Shown here: piece after piece, positions 19,153 to 28,174 of the stretch
How the letters are laid out: the number at the start of each line of letters is the position of its first letter
How positions within the stretch are numbered: the stretch's first letter is position 1
From: a virus
Lineage: Duplodnaviria; Heunggongvirae; Uroviricota; Caudoviricetes
DNA length: 64,000 nt
Virus record (IMG/VR): IMGVR_UViG_2571042690_000019
Strand: one strand, 5' to 3'
Made by a program: the position numbers and the translations under genes
The notes under the pieces: generated by a model
Databases searched by the model: none
Told to the model about the DNA's origin: nothing
The model's input: the letters and a program-made list of their open reading frames with translations, nothing else

Positions 19153-19397
19153 GTAATACCGCACGACTACAGCTTGGTTTTTTACCGCTATCAAAAACCA
19201 TCGTGTTGGCAAAAATGCGTGACTTAGGGGATGGAACAAAACGTCGTGTCGGCAATGATCGCGGTCGTGATGTAACCAACGAGGCCGCACAACTCGTTTG
19301 GCATCTAGTCATGGCTGAAGGCGGTGAAATTAATTGGGAGCTGGATGATGGTTCTCGCATGGTATTAAAGGCAGAAAAGCAGGAGCCACCACAGTGA
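19149..19397 (+). CDS. hypothetical small protein
   Basis: 82-aa ORF from GTG overlapping the upstream stop. Confidence 0.35.
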   Translation: MSNTARLQLGFLPLSKTIVLAKMRDLGDGTKRRVGNDRGRDVTNEAAQLVWHLVMAEGGEINWELDDGSRMVLKAEKQEPPQ

Positions 19398-19687
19398 ATA
19401 TCGACACCACGATAACGATTGATACGGCCCTAAATACCGGTCTGGCACTTCTCGGTTGGCTTTACATCATGTCCAGTACATGGCGATGGCTGGGTTCCAT
19501 TTTCCTGAAACAGTGGAAAAAACGGCGCAAACAGGAATTACGCCAGAAGGCATTAGAAGCGTTCTATGACGCATTTGAACTTAGCCGCATTGAACCAGGC
19601 ACAACAGCCAGGATAGCGACAAAAGGCGACCTGATGATAGTGATGTTCCGACAGGAGAAAGCAAATGGCAGCAAAGCGAATGACTAA
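19394..19687 (+). CDS. hypothetical small membrane protein
   Basis: 97-aa ORF with one hydrophobic segment; translationally coupled. Confidence 0.35.
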   Translation: MNIDTTITIDTALNTGLALLGWLYIMSSTWRWLGSIFLKQWKKRRKQELRQKALEAFYDAFELSRIEPGTTARIATKGDLMIVMFRQEKANGSKAND

Positions 19688-19889
19688 TCGCGAACTTGTT
19701 GATGCCGCGATTGAACTTGCTGGCGATTTTTATTCCATGATGGGGTACACGCATCGCCCCGGCTTCAAATATTGGGAGTCTCCGCACCCGCAAGAGCAAC
19801 GGGTATTTCAAATGGCCTGTCGCGCTTTTGAAGTTATTCGCGGTTCTGATGTGATGGACGCGGTTGCTGATTTGGAGGATGAAGAGTGA
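19665..19889 (+). CDS. hypothetical small protein
   Basis: 74-aa ORF in the operon. Confidence 0.35.
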   Translation: MAAKRMTNRELVDAAIELAGDFYSMMGYTHRPGFKYWESPHPQEQRVFQMACRAFEVIRGSDVMDAVADLEDEE

Positions 19890-20197
19890 ACACAATTAAA
19901 GAAATGCCGGTAGAACGTGATGAATATGGCTGCTGGACACATCCGGAGTATGAAAAGTTTTGCGCAGGTCGTGAATATATATCCACTGAGGAATTTGACG
20001 CCTGGATGAAGGAAAATAATCTTCAGTGGACTATTCGCAGTATGGATGAAGATGATTTTGGTCTGGACGCAGCTGGTCCCGATATTGCCGCCTGGGAACC
20101 GGAGCGACCAGAGGGTGAAGGCTGGTTTGTTGGCTCTATTCATGACACTGAAGATGGTCCGGTTTGTATCTGGCTGCGGGAGAAGGTTGCCGCATGA
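19886..20197 (+). CDS. hypothetical small protein
   Basis: 103-aa ORF; stop overlaps the phosphatase start. Confidence 0.35.
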   Translation: MNTIKEMPVERDEYGCWTHPEYEKFCAGREYISTEEFDAWMKENNLQWTIRSMDEDDFGLDAAGPDIAAWEPERPEGEGWFVGSIHDTEDGPVCIWLREKVAA

Positions 20198-20886
20198 TCC
20201 AGGCTATGCATGAAATGAATTTATATAGCCGTATTGATGGTTCTGGCTACAGAAACATATGGGTTGTTGGTGATCTGCATGGTTGCTACACCAGACTGAT
20301 GTCCGAACTCCATCGTGTGGATTTTGACCCGACGCAGGATTTACTGATATCGGTTGGCGACCTTATCGATCGCGGTACTGAAAATGTCGAATGTCTGGAA
20401 CTATTGCAGATGCCCTGGTTCAGGGCAGTAATGGGGAACCATGAGCGGTTGATGCTTGATGCGTTAAGTCCTGATGGCAACGTGAATAACTGGCTAATGA
20501 ATGGCGGACAATGGTTCTTCATGCTGGACACTGATCAGGAAATATTAGCCAAGGCGCTGGTGGAGCTGGTAAAGCGTCTGCCATATATCATTGAGTTGAA
20601 CACCGGGCATGAAACTATCGTTATAGCCCATGCCGACTATCCAGGTGGAGAGTACCAGTTCGGTAAGGATGTGTCGTTTTTTGATGTTGTCTGGTCGCGC
20701 AGTCGCGTCGGTGATTCGATAGATGGCATTGGTGGAGAAATCACAGGCGCAGATCGCTTTATCTTTGGGCACACACCGGTACGAAGACCAAAAGCATACT
20801 GGAATCAGCACTACATAGACACGGGCGCGGTTTTTTGCGGAAATCTGACGCTAATGCAGGTGAAGGGAGGGCAGCTTAAAGTCTGA
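20194..20886 (+). CDS. ppp: Ser/Thr protein phosphatase (lambda PPase-type metallophosphatase)
   Basis: Motifs GDLHG, GDLIDRG, GNHE; start placed at the ATGA-overlapping ATG (20194) rather than the upstream in-frame Met. Confidence 0.75.
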   Translation: MIQAMHEMNLYSRIDGSGYRNIWVVGDLHGCYTRLMSELHRVDFDPTQDLLISVGDLIDRGTENVECLELLQMPWFRAVMGNHERLMLDALSPDGNVNNWLMNGGQWFFMLDTDQEILAKALVELVKRLPYIIELNTGHETIVIAHADYPGGEYQFGKDVSFFDVVWSRSRVGDSIDGIGGEITGADRFIFGHTPVRRPKAYWNQHYIDTGAVFCGNLTLMQVKGGQLKV

Positions 20887-20907
20887 TCAAATCATTTACG
20901 CACTCAA

Positions 20908-20948
20908 AATGCGTTAGAACATTGATTTTAGTTTTCTAACATATTATT
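20908..20948. promoter_or_regulatory. inverted pair of C1-operator-like sites upstream of 20984 gene
   Basis: gcgTTAGAAcattgattttagtTTTCTAACatattatt. Confidence 0.45.
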
Positions 20949-20983
20949 TTACCGCTCGGAACAAAACAGAGTCGGTATACATT

Positions 20984-21979
20984 ATGAGTGCAATAATCAC
21001 ACCTCATTTCGTGAACGGAGCTGGTGTGGCTGTCTTTCCGGTAGACAAGCCCACCAGTAACTACATTGGCGCAGGCCGCCGTTTCATTATCTCCCCACTT
21101 CCGCGTGAACAGGCTGAAAACACGCCAGATGGCGTAGTGGATCTGAACTATTCGCTGGTTGCCAACCAGTCTCTGAAACCGTTTTTTCAAAGCGAGCGCG
21201 TATTTAACGCGTTGGGCGGTGAAGATTCGCTTGTTCATTGGGTAAGTTCCAATATCCACGATTGCCAGGCGCACGATAAGCGCGATTGCAGCCACCAGCT
21301 AACCACTCATTTCTATAACGGCTCTGCCGTTCGCCTGTGCTGGAAGCATGATGCGGAATACATGATGAAGGGGTACAGCAAGCTGGACGACCAGTTATCC
21401 CTGAATCGTGCCAACTGGGTTATGAACTGGGCTGCGAGCGAGTTAAAACTACCGCCAGAACGCGATCTGAGCATGGTTGAACTCACTTTTTGGGCCATTC
21501 GCCGGAATCTGAAAGATGAGCTGCCAGATGAAGCCGGTCGCATTGCATTTTGTCAGCCAAAAACTGAAATCCCTACCGGTACGCTGAAAGAATCAGATAT
21601 CACCTGGGAGCACAGTACCCGCGAGCTGGTGGACATAACCGCAGAGCAGATCGTCAACCTGTCTGTAGATGAGGATTCCGGCCTGCTTTATATGCGCCGA
21701 CCAAAAGCGGTCCTCGGTAAAAGCCCGGCTTATCTCCGGTTTGTGGTTTCTCGTCCGTGCATCGGATGCGGTGGCAAAGTTAACCACCCGTTCATGTACC
21801 GCGCCCGCTCGTTAAACGAACACGACCGCTGGGCTGTTCCTCTTTGCGATGACTGCGCCAGAAGCGCAGAAAACGATGTCCGGGCATGGGAAAAAGCACA
21901 TGGCATACGCCTTTACGTAGCCGCTAACCAGCTTTTTGACTTCGCCATCGAGCGCGGAGTGATCACTTTCAATAACTGA
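20984..21979 (+). CDS. hypothetical protein with C-terminal Cys-rich (Zn-binding-like) region
   Basis: 331 aa; CIGCGG...HDRWAVPLCDDCAR cysteine cluster. Confidence 0.5.
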   Translation: MSAIITPHFVNGAGVAVFPVDKPTSNYIGAGRRFIISPLPREQAENTPDGVVDLNYSLVANQSLKPFFQSERVFNALGGEDSLVHWVSSNIHDCQAHDKRDCSHQLTTHFYNGSAVRLCWKHDAEYMMKGYSKLDDQLSLNRANWVMNWAASELKLPPERDLSMVELTFWAIRRNLKDELPDEAGRIAFCQPKTEIPTGTLKESDITWEHSTRELVDITAEQIVNLSVDEDSGLLYMRRPKAVLGKSPAYLRFVVSRPCIGCGGKVNHPFMYRARSLNEHDRWAVPLCDDCARSAENDVRAWEKAHGIRLYVAANQLFDFAIERGVITFNN

Positions 21980-21983
21980 TGAG

Positions 21984-22685
21984 GTGGATCAAAAAATGAA
22001 AGAACGCGGGATGATTTTTAACGATGAGATGGTCAGGGCCATCCTCGAAGGAAGGAAGACGCAGACTCGCCGACCTGTAAAAAATGTCAGGGCCGATAAC
22101 TGCCTGGTTATCCGTAAACCGACAAAGAAACGCAATGGTATCTATACCCACGTTATGGATGCACCTGAACATGGTTTATGCCCGTTCGGTAACGTTGGTG
22201 ATCGCATATGGGTCCGTGAGGCGTGGGCGATATTAGGCAATGAGGATGGTTGCAGTGTGGACTGGAACGACAACCTTTGTCGTGGCGATGAGAAGAACGC
22301 AGCAAGGATTTATCGGGCCAGTTGTGAGCAAAAGCCGGGTGATTACGGCTTGTGGTCGATACCCGATGATGCCGACTGGAAACCTCACACTGTGAATGAA
22401 AAATTTGATGGCGGGTGGTGTCCATCAATTCACATGCCGCGCTGGGCATCGCGCATTCTTCTGGAAATTACCAACGTGCGCGTTGAGCGGTTGAACGATA
22501 TCAGCGAATGCGATGCAAGGGCTGAGGGCGCACCAACAGAATCGACCCTCATTGGCGATAAGCATTACCCAAGTTTCCGTAGCCTATGGAAATCAATTTA
22601 TGGCGAAGATAGTTGGAACGCTAATCCTTGGGTGTGGGTAATCGAGTTTAAGCGTATTCAGGGGGCAACCAGTGAGCAAAATTAA
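21984..22685 (+). CDS. putative ASCH-like domain protein
   Basis: 233 aa; N-terminal MIFNDEMVRAILEGRKTQTRRP resembles the ASCH signature from memory; tentative. Confidence 0.35.
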   Translation: MDQKMKERGMIFNDEMVRAILEGRKTQTRRPVKNVRADNCLVIRKPTKKRNGIYTHVMDAPEHGLCPFGNVGDRIWVREAWAILGNEDGCSVDWNDNLCRGDEKNAARIYRASCEQKPGDYGLWSIPDDADWKPHTVNEKFDGGWCPSIHMPRWASRILLEITNVRVERLNDISECDARAEGAPTESTLIGDKHYPSFRSLWKSIYGEDSWNANPWVWVIEFKRIQGATSEQN

Positions 22686-22854
22686 CTATCAAGAACTGCG
22701 CGAGGCGGCGGAACAGGCAACGCAAGATGAATGGGTAGCATATATTTTGCCGGTCATAACGGCATTTATCCTGCGCGCACGTCTGAGGGTAGGCATTGCG
22801 GATACTTTATTGACTGGCCTGGCGTCTGTCAGGGGCGGGAGAGCATCAGCATGA
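22672..22854 (+). CDS. paralog-family N-module small protein
   Basis: 60 aa from GTG; VSKINYQELREAAEQ matches the N-terminus of 23261..23707. Confidence 0.35.
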   Translation: MSKINYQELREAAEQATQDEWVAYILPVITAFILRARLRVGIADTLLTGLASVRGGRASA

Positions 22855-23264
22855 GCATCAGAACCTACGCAGTGAATTGCAATGACGCATGGCTAAACAC
22901 CGAAGGTGATGACATCTCCGGCTCATACGTTAAGTACAAAGACCATCAGGAAGTGGTTGCCGCTCTTGAGGCCAGGTGCGCGGCGCTGGCAGCGGAGAAT
23001 GCGGCGCTTAAACAGTCGGAGAAGGAATTTAATAACTTCTGTCGTCAGGAGTACTACGGTTGGGAGGACAACTTCACGGAAACCCCAGCTACCGACGCTC
23101 TCCTGGCTGAAGTACGTGCGCAGGGGGTGGATATGGCTCGTAACGCGATGATTGATTTTGTTGATGGTGAAGTTGGGCCAAACAAGAACGTTCCGGGGCT
23201 GATTAGAGGCGCAGAGATATGCGTAAGTATTGCTGAACAGCTTCGCGAAGGAGGCAACCAGTGA
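22851..23264 (+). CDS. coiled-coil paralog family member 4 (C-module)
   Basis: Start moved to the ATGA-overlapping ATG; AALAAENAALK, PATDALLAEVRAQG, C-terminal AEQLREGGNQ. Confidence 0.45.
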   Translation: MSIRTYAVNCNDAWLNTEGDDISGSYVKYKDHQEVVAALEARCAALAAENAALKQSEKEFNNFCRQEYYGWEDNFTETPATDALLAEVRAQGVDMARNAMIDFVDGEVGPNKNVPGLIRGAEICVSIAEQLREGGNQ

Positions 23265-23707
23265 GCAAGATTGATTATCAAAAGCTTCGTGAAATCGCTG
23301 AAAAAACAAAAATTGCTGGTGAAGCACCTGTAATGCCTTTCGATCAGCGAATTAATGCGCTTAACGATTTTATGAAGCACTTTTCGCCAGATATCGCGCT
23401 GGCATTGTTGGATGAACGGGAAAGAAACCAGCAATACATCAAACGCCGCGACCAGGAGAACGAGGATATTGCGCTAACGGTAGGGAAGTTGCGCGTTGAG
23501 CTTGAGGCAGAAAAACAGCGGGCAAAGGATCTGTTTATGGAAAATGCTCGGCTTAAGTCAGGTATAGCCGGTCTGATACACCTCGGTATTCGATATGCAG
23601 ATGTTGATGTCATGAAAATTGCTGGAGATGCCCAGCTTTCTACCCCATGCACTGACAGCATCATAAACAGCATTGCAACAGGCATTCGCATCAACGGAGG
23701 TGAGTAG
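23261..23707 (+). CDS. coiled-coil paralog family member 5 (N-module type)
   Basis: 148 aa from GTG; VSKIDYQKLREIAEK...LRVELEAEKQRAKDL. Confidence 0.45.
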   Translation: MSKIDYQKLREIAEKTKIAGEAPVMPFDQRINALNDFMKHFSPDIALALLDERERNQQYIKRRDQENEDIALTVGKLRVELEAEKQRAKDLFMENARLKSGIAGLIHLGIRYADVDVMKIAGDAQLSTPCTDSIINSIATGIRINGGE

Positions 23708-23879
23708 TGCGTGTGGCATGTATTGGCTTGTTACCGTACCCGACTCGTTTTTGGGCTTCTGCGCTAATTGCAAAGCCGTATGTCCTGATGGCTGACAACA
23801 TCATCCCGGCACCAAAGCGCCGCCATACCGGTATTGCAGCGGCACGACGAGCAGCAAAGAGACGCAGGAGAGCAAAGCG

Positions 23880-24056
23880 ATGAAAAACCGTAAGGCAAAA
23901 CGACTTTTTTTACAGCGACCTGTGCGTGTGGTGGAGCTGGTTATTAGCAACCATAAGATAGCGGTACTCCATCCATTTGGTCAGGTGGCTTTTGCCGCAA
24001 AGCGTAAGCCTACTGCGTCACAGAACAGGCGGAAGAAAGGGTACGCTGTAAGATGA
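23880..24056 (+). CDS. small basic protein (tandem paralog 1)
   Basis: 58-aa ORF MKNRKAKRLFLQRP...; the same MKNRKAK N-terminus restarts at 24053. Confidence 0.3.
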   Translation: MKNRKAKRLFLQRPVRVVELVISNHKIAVLHPFGQVAFAAKRKPTASQNRRKKGYAVR

Positions 24057-24241
24057 AAAACCGTAAAGCAAAGATTCTGTTAGTTCGTAGAAACGCTCCT
24101 GGCGTCTGGCAGTGGGTGAGACTCAGCAACCGACGGATGGGGTTGATGAAATATTACGGGATGATGGATTGTGGTTTTTGCAAAAAGCCCAGCGCGGCGC
24201 AAAACCGCTGGAAAAACCACTTGCGCACTAAAGGAGAGTGA
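24053..24241 (+). CDS. small basic Cys-containing protein (tandem paralog 2)
   Basis: 62 aa MKNRKAKILLVRRN...; ATGA overlap with the previous ORF. Confidence 0.3.
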   Translation: MKNRKAKILLVRRNAPGVWQWVRLSNRRMGLMKYYGMMDCGFCKKPSAAQNRWKNHLRTKGE

Positions 24242-24242
24242 T

Positions 24243-24452
24243 ATGGCTATTGCCGCAAGTTACACAATGCATCTCTATTGTGACTGCCGCCAGTGTACGG
24301 AAGGTGTATATCCAGTGCCAGACTTCGGTGAGTATATAGGTACGTCATGGGCTGGCTGTGCAAAAGAGGCGCGCAAGGATGGCTGGCGAATAAGCAAAGA
24401 CAAAACGCGTGCTTTTGCGCCCGGGCATAAAGTTTTGAGGATTAACAAATGA
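24243..24452 (+). CDS. small Cys-rich protein
   Basis: Start at the ATG with a strong AAGGAG RBS; MAIAASYTMHLYCDCRQCTEG.... Confidence 0.35.
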   Translation: MAIAASYTMHLYCDCRQCTEGVYPVPDFGEYIGTSWAGCAKEARKDGWRISKDKTRAFAPGHKVLRINK

Positions 24453-26065
24453 CCACTATTACCAGAGAACAAGCTCTGAAAATTATTGAGGCAGCCGATG
24501 AGGTTATTAGTGCGCTTGCCGGAACTAACGAGGATGTTCACCCTGGTAGCGATAACATGCTACGCCTGTGGGATGACCTGAATGACCGTTACGCGCCGCC
24601 GGAAGTTGTGCGTGAGCTGGCACGAATTGCACTGGCATCGCTGGAAGCAGAACCAGTTAAACGAGTTAACTCAGATCAGATGCGCCGAGTCTGCTTAGAA
24701 GCTAATCGCCATTTAGATAAATATGACGCGATGGCGAAAGAGGTAAATAAGTTGCTTGGACGCATCGCCCCGCCAGCACCGGTAGTGCCTGAAGAAGCAA
24801 CTCCGGAAAACGTAGAAATGCTCTCTGGCTATGTTTCAACGTACAAATTAACCGATAGCGAGCGCGATATTGCTGCCGAAATATGGAACGCCTGCCGCGC
24901 CGCCATGCTTCAGTCCGGAAACTTTCGGGAAAACAAGAATTCGTCAACCAATAATTTTCGGGAAATCGCGGAAACGTCAACCAGCTATCCGGCAATTCCT
25001 AGTGAGGTGTTGTCCGCAATCCTGAAGGTTGCCAGGATTCGTGCCGATTTCGATGATTTTGACGGTGACAGGCGAGGTATCGGTGATTGTCTGGATGAGG
25101 CCGAGCAAGAGCTTATCGTTACCATTAACAAATATGCCAGTCAGTTGGCAGCAGAACCGATAGCGGCTAATGACGTTCGAGAGCAGCAGACAGCCGTTCC
25201 GCCAGTTCCAGAAATACAGGCTGATGTCGCGCAAGCAATTGAAAATCTCAAGCAGAAGTTAGTGGAATGCAATCGCTATAACTACTGCGCAGATGCAGTT
25301 AAAGGCGTAGAGGATGCCAGCCGCGTCTTGGCACTCCAAAATCAAAATATGTCAGCACCGGTAACGCCGGAGGCCATTGAAAACGCAATTGAATATATCC
25401 GCAGTATCGCTTTTCACATCGATGAAGACGATTACCACGGCAAGCATATTGCGTATTTCATGCGACAAGCATTGGCCTGGCTGGAAGGGCATTCATGCAG
25501 CGACGACAGGCTGGGTAAGGCCGACAATCAACCCGCATCTGGTAACCAGGCTGCCGAATCCAATCGCGGTAATGAGTGGACCGGCAATCCTGATATTGAT
25601 AACGCCATCATCATGCTCGACCGCATAGATACGGCGGAAAGTTGCGATGATGACCGTATTGAGGCCGTTAAGGCTGTGTTGCGTAGACTGGCAGGCAACT
25701 ATCCGGATATTCCGGATAGTTCGGTGCCAGCGCCAGGAAAGGGCGTCACCGGTGAACGTATCCGCATTAAGCCGCATGTTTATCGCGAACTGGTTAACCG
25801 TCTCCACGATACAGCGATCAAGTGTGCTGGCACCCAGCAATTACGAGAAAGAATTAGCCGTGTTTTGGGCGACGTTATTACACCAGATCATCATAAACAA
25901 GCCGAGAAAAGTGGCCTGGAAAGGTGTCGCCTTGAGGCGGCATTAAACATTAAGCCGGGGCATACGCTTGGCATTATTGATGCACTATTGGTTCATAAGA
26001 TGGCCAGGGCTTTATTGCCGCTGGTGGCTGAAAAGCATGAGGTGGACCATGCCAACGAAAGCTGA
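24449..26065 (+). CDS. large hypothetical protein (538 aa)
   Basis: Long ORF; C-terminal KPHVYRELVNRLHDTAIKCAGTQQLRERISR is shared with 15856..16506. Confidence 0.5.
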   Translation: MTTITREQALKIIEAADEVISALAGTNEDVHPGSDNMLRLWDDLNDRYAPPEVVRELARIALASLEAEPVKRVNSDQMRRVCLEANRHLDKYDAMAKEVNKLLGRIAPPAPVVPEEATPENVEMLSGYVSTYKLTDSERDIAAEIWNACRAAMLQSGNFRENKNSSTNNFREIAETSTSYPAIPSEVLSAILKVARIRADFDDFDGDRRGIGDCLDEAEQELIVTINKYASQLAAEPIAANDVREQQTAVPPVPEIQADVAQAIENLKQKLVECNRYNYCADAVKGVEDASRVLALQNQNMSAPVTPEAIENAIEYIRSIAFHIDEDDYHGKHIAYFMRQALAWLEGHSCSDDRLGKADNQPASGNQAAESNRGNEWTGNPDIDNAIIMLDRIDTAESCDDDRIEAVKAVLRRLAGNYPDIPDSSVPAPGKGVTGERIRIKPHVYRELVNRLHDTAIKCAGTQQLRERISRVLGDVITPDHHKQAEKSGLERCRLEAALNIKPGHTLGIIDALLVHKMARALLPLVAEKHEVDHANES

Positions 26066-26333
26066 ATTACAGGTGCGCGTAGATGAGCTTGAAAAAGAGA
26101 ACGCGAGCCTCAAAAAAATGCTGTCGCGGGCGGAAAGGGAATTATCAGGCAAATTATTGCCAGAAGAACTGCCACCAGCAGATATACCTGATCGAGTGTC
26201 CTGGTGGATGAAGTATTTCCGTGCACCGTGGGAGGCGTTTTGGTGCTACGACCATCGCAGATGGTGTGATGAACTTGATAGCAATTTTCCCTACTTTGCG
26301 GAAGGGAACACCTGCCCTCAATGCAGGGGATAG
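26049..26333 (+). CDS. small coiled-coil protein with C-terminal zinc ribbon
   Basis: Start at internal ATG (MPTKAELQVRVDELEKENASLKK...); ends ...CPQCRG. Confidence 0.4.
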   Translation: MPTKAELQVRVDELEKENASLKKMLSRAERELSGKLLPEELPPADIPDRVSWWMKYFRAPWEAFWCYDHRRWCDELDSNFPYFAEGNTCPQCRG

Positions 26334-26700
26334 CATTTGACGAAATCGATCACCCTATCCTGAACTTCAGAAAGAAGGTCTTTTTCACGCGCCAGGACGT
26401 CAGGATATTGACGTTCTGGCCTTACCAGATGCCGGAGCTTCCCATTAAGCAGAATGGCCTCAGAAAACACTTTTACGCTGTGCTTTATCCCCTCTGTTTC
26501 ACTTTTCAGCGTCAAAATAAAGCGCAATTGCTTATTAGCCTGATTCGGATTCAATACACGAATTTGCAGTTCGTCTATGCTGTTTCGCAATGGGATTGAT
26601 GCCACCACACTGGTGCAGTCTCTGATTGTCTGAATTGAACGGCTAACATTGAGAACGTTATTGTGCATGTGCCTGATCCACTAACTCCTGGAGGTTTCTT

Positions 26701-26952
26701 GTGTCAGATCGAAATATAGCAGCTAAAAGCCAGGAAGAGCGAGACAAGGTGAACGTAGACCTTGCCGCCAGCGGCGTTGCTTACAAAGAACGGCTGAATA
26801 TACCTGTGATTGCAGAGCAGGTGGCCCGTGAGCAACCGGAAAACCTGCGCGCCTATTTCATGGAACGGCTACGGCACTACCGGCAGTTAAGCCTCCAGTT
26901 GCCAAAAGGGAGCGATCCGGTGTATCAGAACGAGGATGCACCAAAAAAATAA
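26701..26952 (+). CDS. hypothetical small protein
   Basis: 83-aa ORF from GTG with GGAGG 7 nt upstream. Confidence 0.4.
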   Translation: MSDRNIAAKSQEERDKVNVDLAASGVAYKERLNIPVIAEQVAREQPENLRAYFMERLRHYRQLSLQLPKGSDPVYQNEDAPKK

Positions 26953-27037
26953 CGGCAAGATGGGGGAGAAATGTGATTAGCCCCCAGCGTGGCGCGCCTA
27001 CAAACCCCGCTTTCACAAACTATGCCTTTTCAATGTA

Positions 27038-27057
27038 TACTGTATGAATAAACAGTA
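27038..27057. promoter_or_regulatory. LexA (SOS) box upstream of humD
   Basis: TACTGTATGAATAAACAGTA fits CTGT-N8-ACAG. Confidence 0.6.
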
Positions 27058-27075
27058 TCATTGAGGTAAAACGCT

Positions 27076-27465
27076 ATGGGCTTCCCTTCTCCTGCGGCGG
27101 ATTATGTTGAAAGCCGAATTTCTCTTGATCAGCAGATAATTAGACATCCTTCAGCGACCTACTTCATGCGGGCAGCTGATAGCCATCACCGTGAGGGAAT
27201 ATTGCAGGGTGCTTTGCTGGTGGTTGATTCCTCGCTTACTCCGGTTGATGGTTCTCTGCTTGTGTGCGCTATGGAGGGTGAATATCGCATAAAGAGATAC
27301 AGGAAGTATCCGCGCCAGCACCTGGAGGACTTAAGCACCGGGAAGAAAGAGGCGTTACCAGTAGATGACGATGGATACACGGGCAGTAATGCTGTTTTTG
27401 GTGTGATCACTCATGTCATCAATGATGCCCGAAGTGGGGAATTTGATGATTGTCCGGTTATTTAA
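27076..27465 (+). CDS. humD: UmuD'-like protein
   Basis: 129 aa; GFPSPAADYVESRISLDQQIIRHPSATYFMRA...FGVITHVI aligns with the UmuD C-terminal domain and lacks the N-terminal cleavage segment, as recalled for P1 HumD. Confidence 0.75.
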   Translation: MGFPSPAADYVESRISLDQQIIRHPSATYFMRAADSHHREGILQGALLVVDSSLTPVDGSLLVCAMEGEYRIKRYRKYPRQHLEDLSTGKKEALPVDDDGYTGSNAVFGVITHVINDARSGEFDDCPVI

Positions 27466-27500
27466 GCTGCAAAGTGCTGGTGCTTTATGCCTGTGAAGTT

Positions 27501-27531
27501 TATAATTGTGTACACATAACGAGTACACGAG
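27501..27531. promoter_or_regulatory. phd-doc promoter/operator
   Basis: TATAAT -10 element followed by palindrome tgtgtacaca and a second gtacac half-site just upstream of phd. Confidence 0.45.
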
Positions 27532-27537
27532 GTGTTT

Positions 27538-27759
27538 ATGCAATCCATTAACTTCCGTACCGCGCGTGGCAACCTTTCTGAAGTGCTCAACAATGTTGAA
27601 GCCGGGGAAGAGGTTGAAATCACCCGCAGAGGCCGTGAGCCAGCAGTAATTGTCAGCAAGGCTACTTTTGAAGCCTACAAAAAAGCGGCGCTGGATGCCG
27701 AATTTGCATCCCTGTTTGACACCCTGGACTCCACCAACAAGGAACTGGTTAACCGATAA
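27538..27759 (+). CDS. phd: Phd antitoxin
   Basis: 73 aa [49 protein letters not shown]..., as recalled for P1 Phd; the ORF-track start 27532 is 2 codons too far upstream. Confidence 0.9.
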
Positions 27760-28139
27760 TGAGGCATATATCACCGGAAGAACTTATTGCGCTTCATGAT
27801 GCGAATATAAGCCGCTACGGCGGCCTGCCGGGAATGTCAGATCCGGGTAGGGCAGAGGCCATTATCGGGAGAGTTCAGGCCAGAGTTGCCTACGAAGAGA
27901 TCACCGACCTTTTCGAAGTCTCCGCCACCTACCTGGTGGCTACGGCGAGAGGGCATATATTCAATGATGCCAATAAGCGTACCGCGCTAAACAGTGCGCT
28001 GCTATTTCTACGCCGTAACGGTATACAGGTATATGATTCTCCCGTGCTGGTGGAACTTGCGGTGGGGGCCGCAACTGGTGAAATCCCCGTATCTTCAGTA
28101 GCGGAAAAACTACGTGAATTATTTGGTTCCAATATTTGA
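27759..28139 (+). CDS. doc: Doc toxin (Fic-fold kinase)
   Basis: 126 aa [39 protein letters not shown]...[19 protein letters not shown]; overlaps phd stop. Confidence 0.9.
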
Positions 28140-28174
28140 AAAGAAGCCCGCTCAACCAGGCGGGCTTCCTACTA

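Noticed and set aside
26318-26668. 116-aa minus-strand ORF between 26049..26333 and 26701..26952
   Set aside because: Convergent on and overlapping the end of a plus-strand gene; the only GGAG is about 20 nt upstream of the ATG; no recognisable motif. Left unannotated (coding probability about 0.25).
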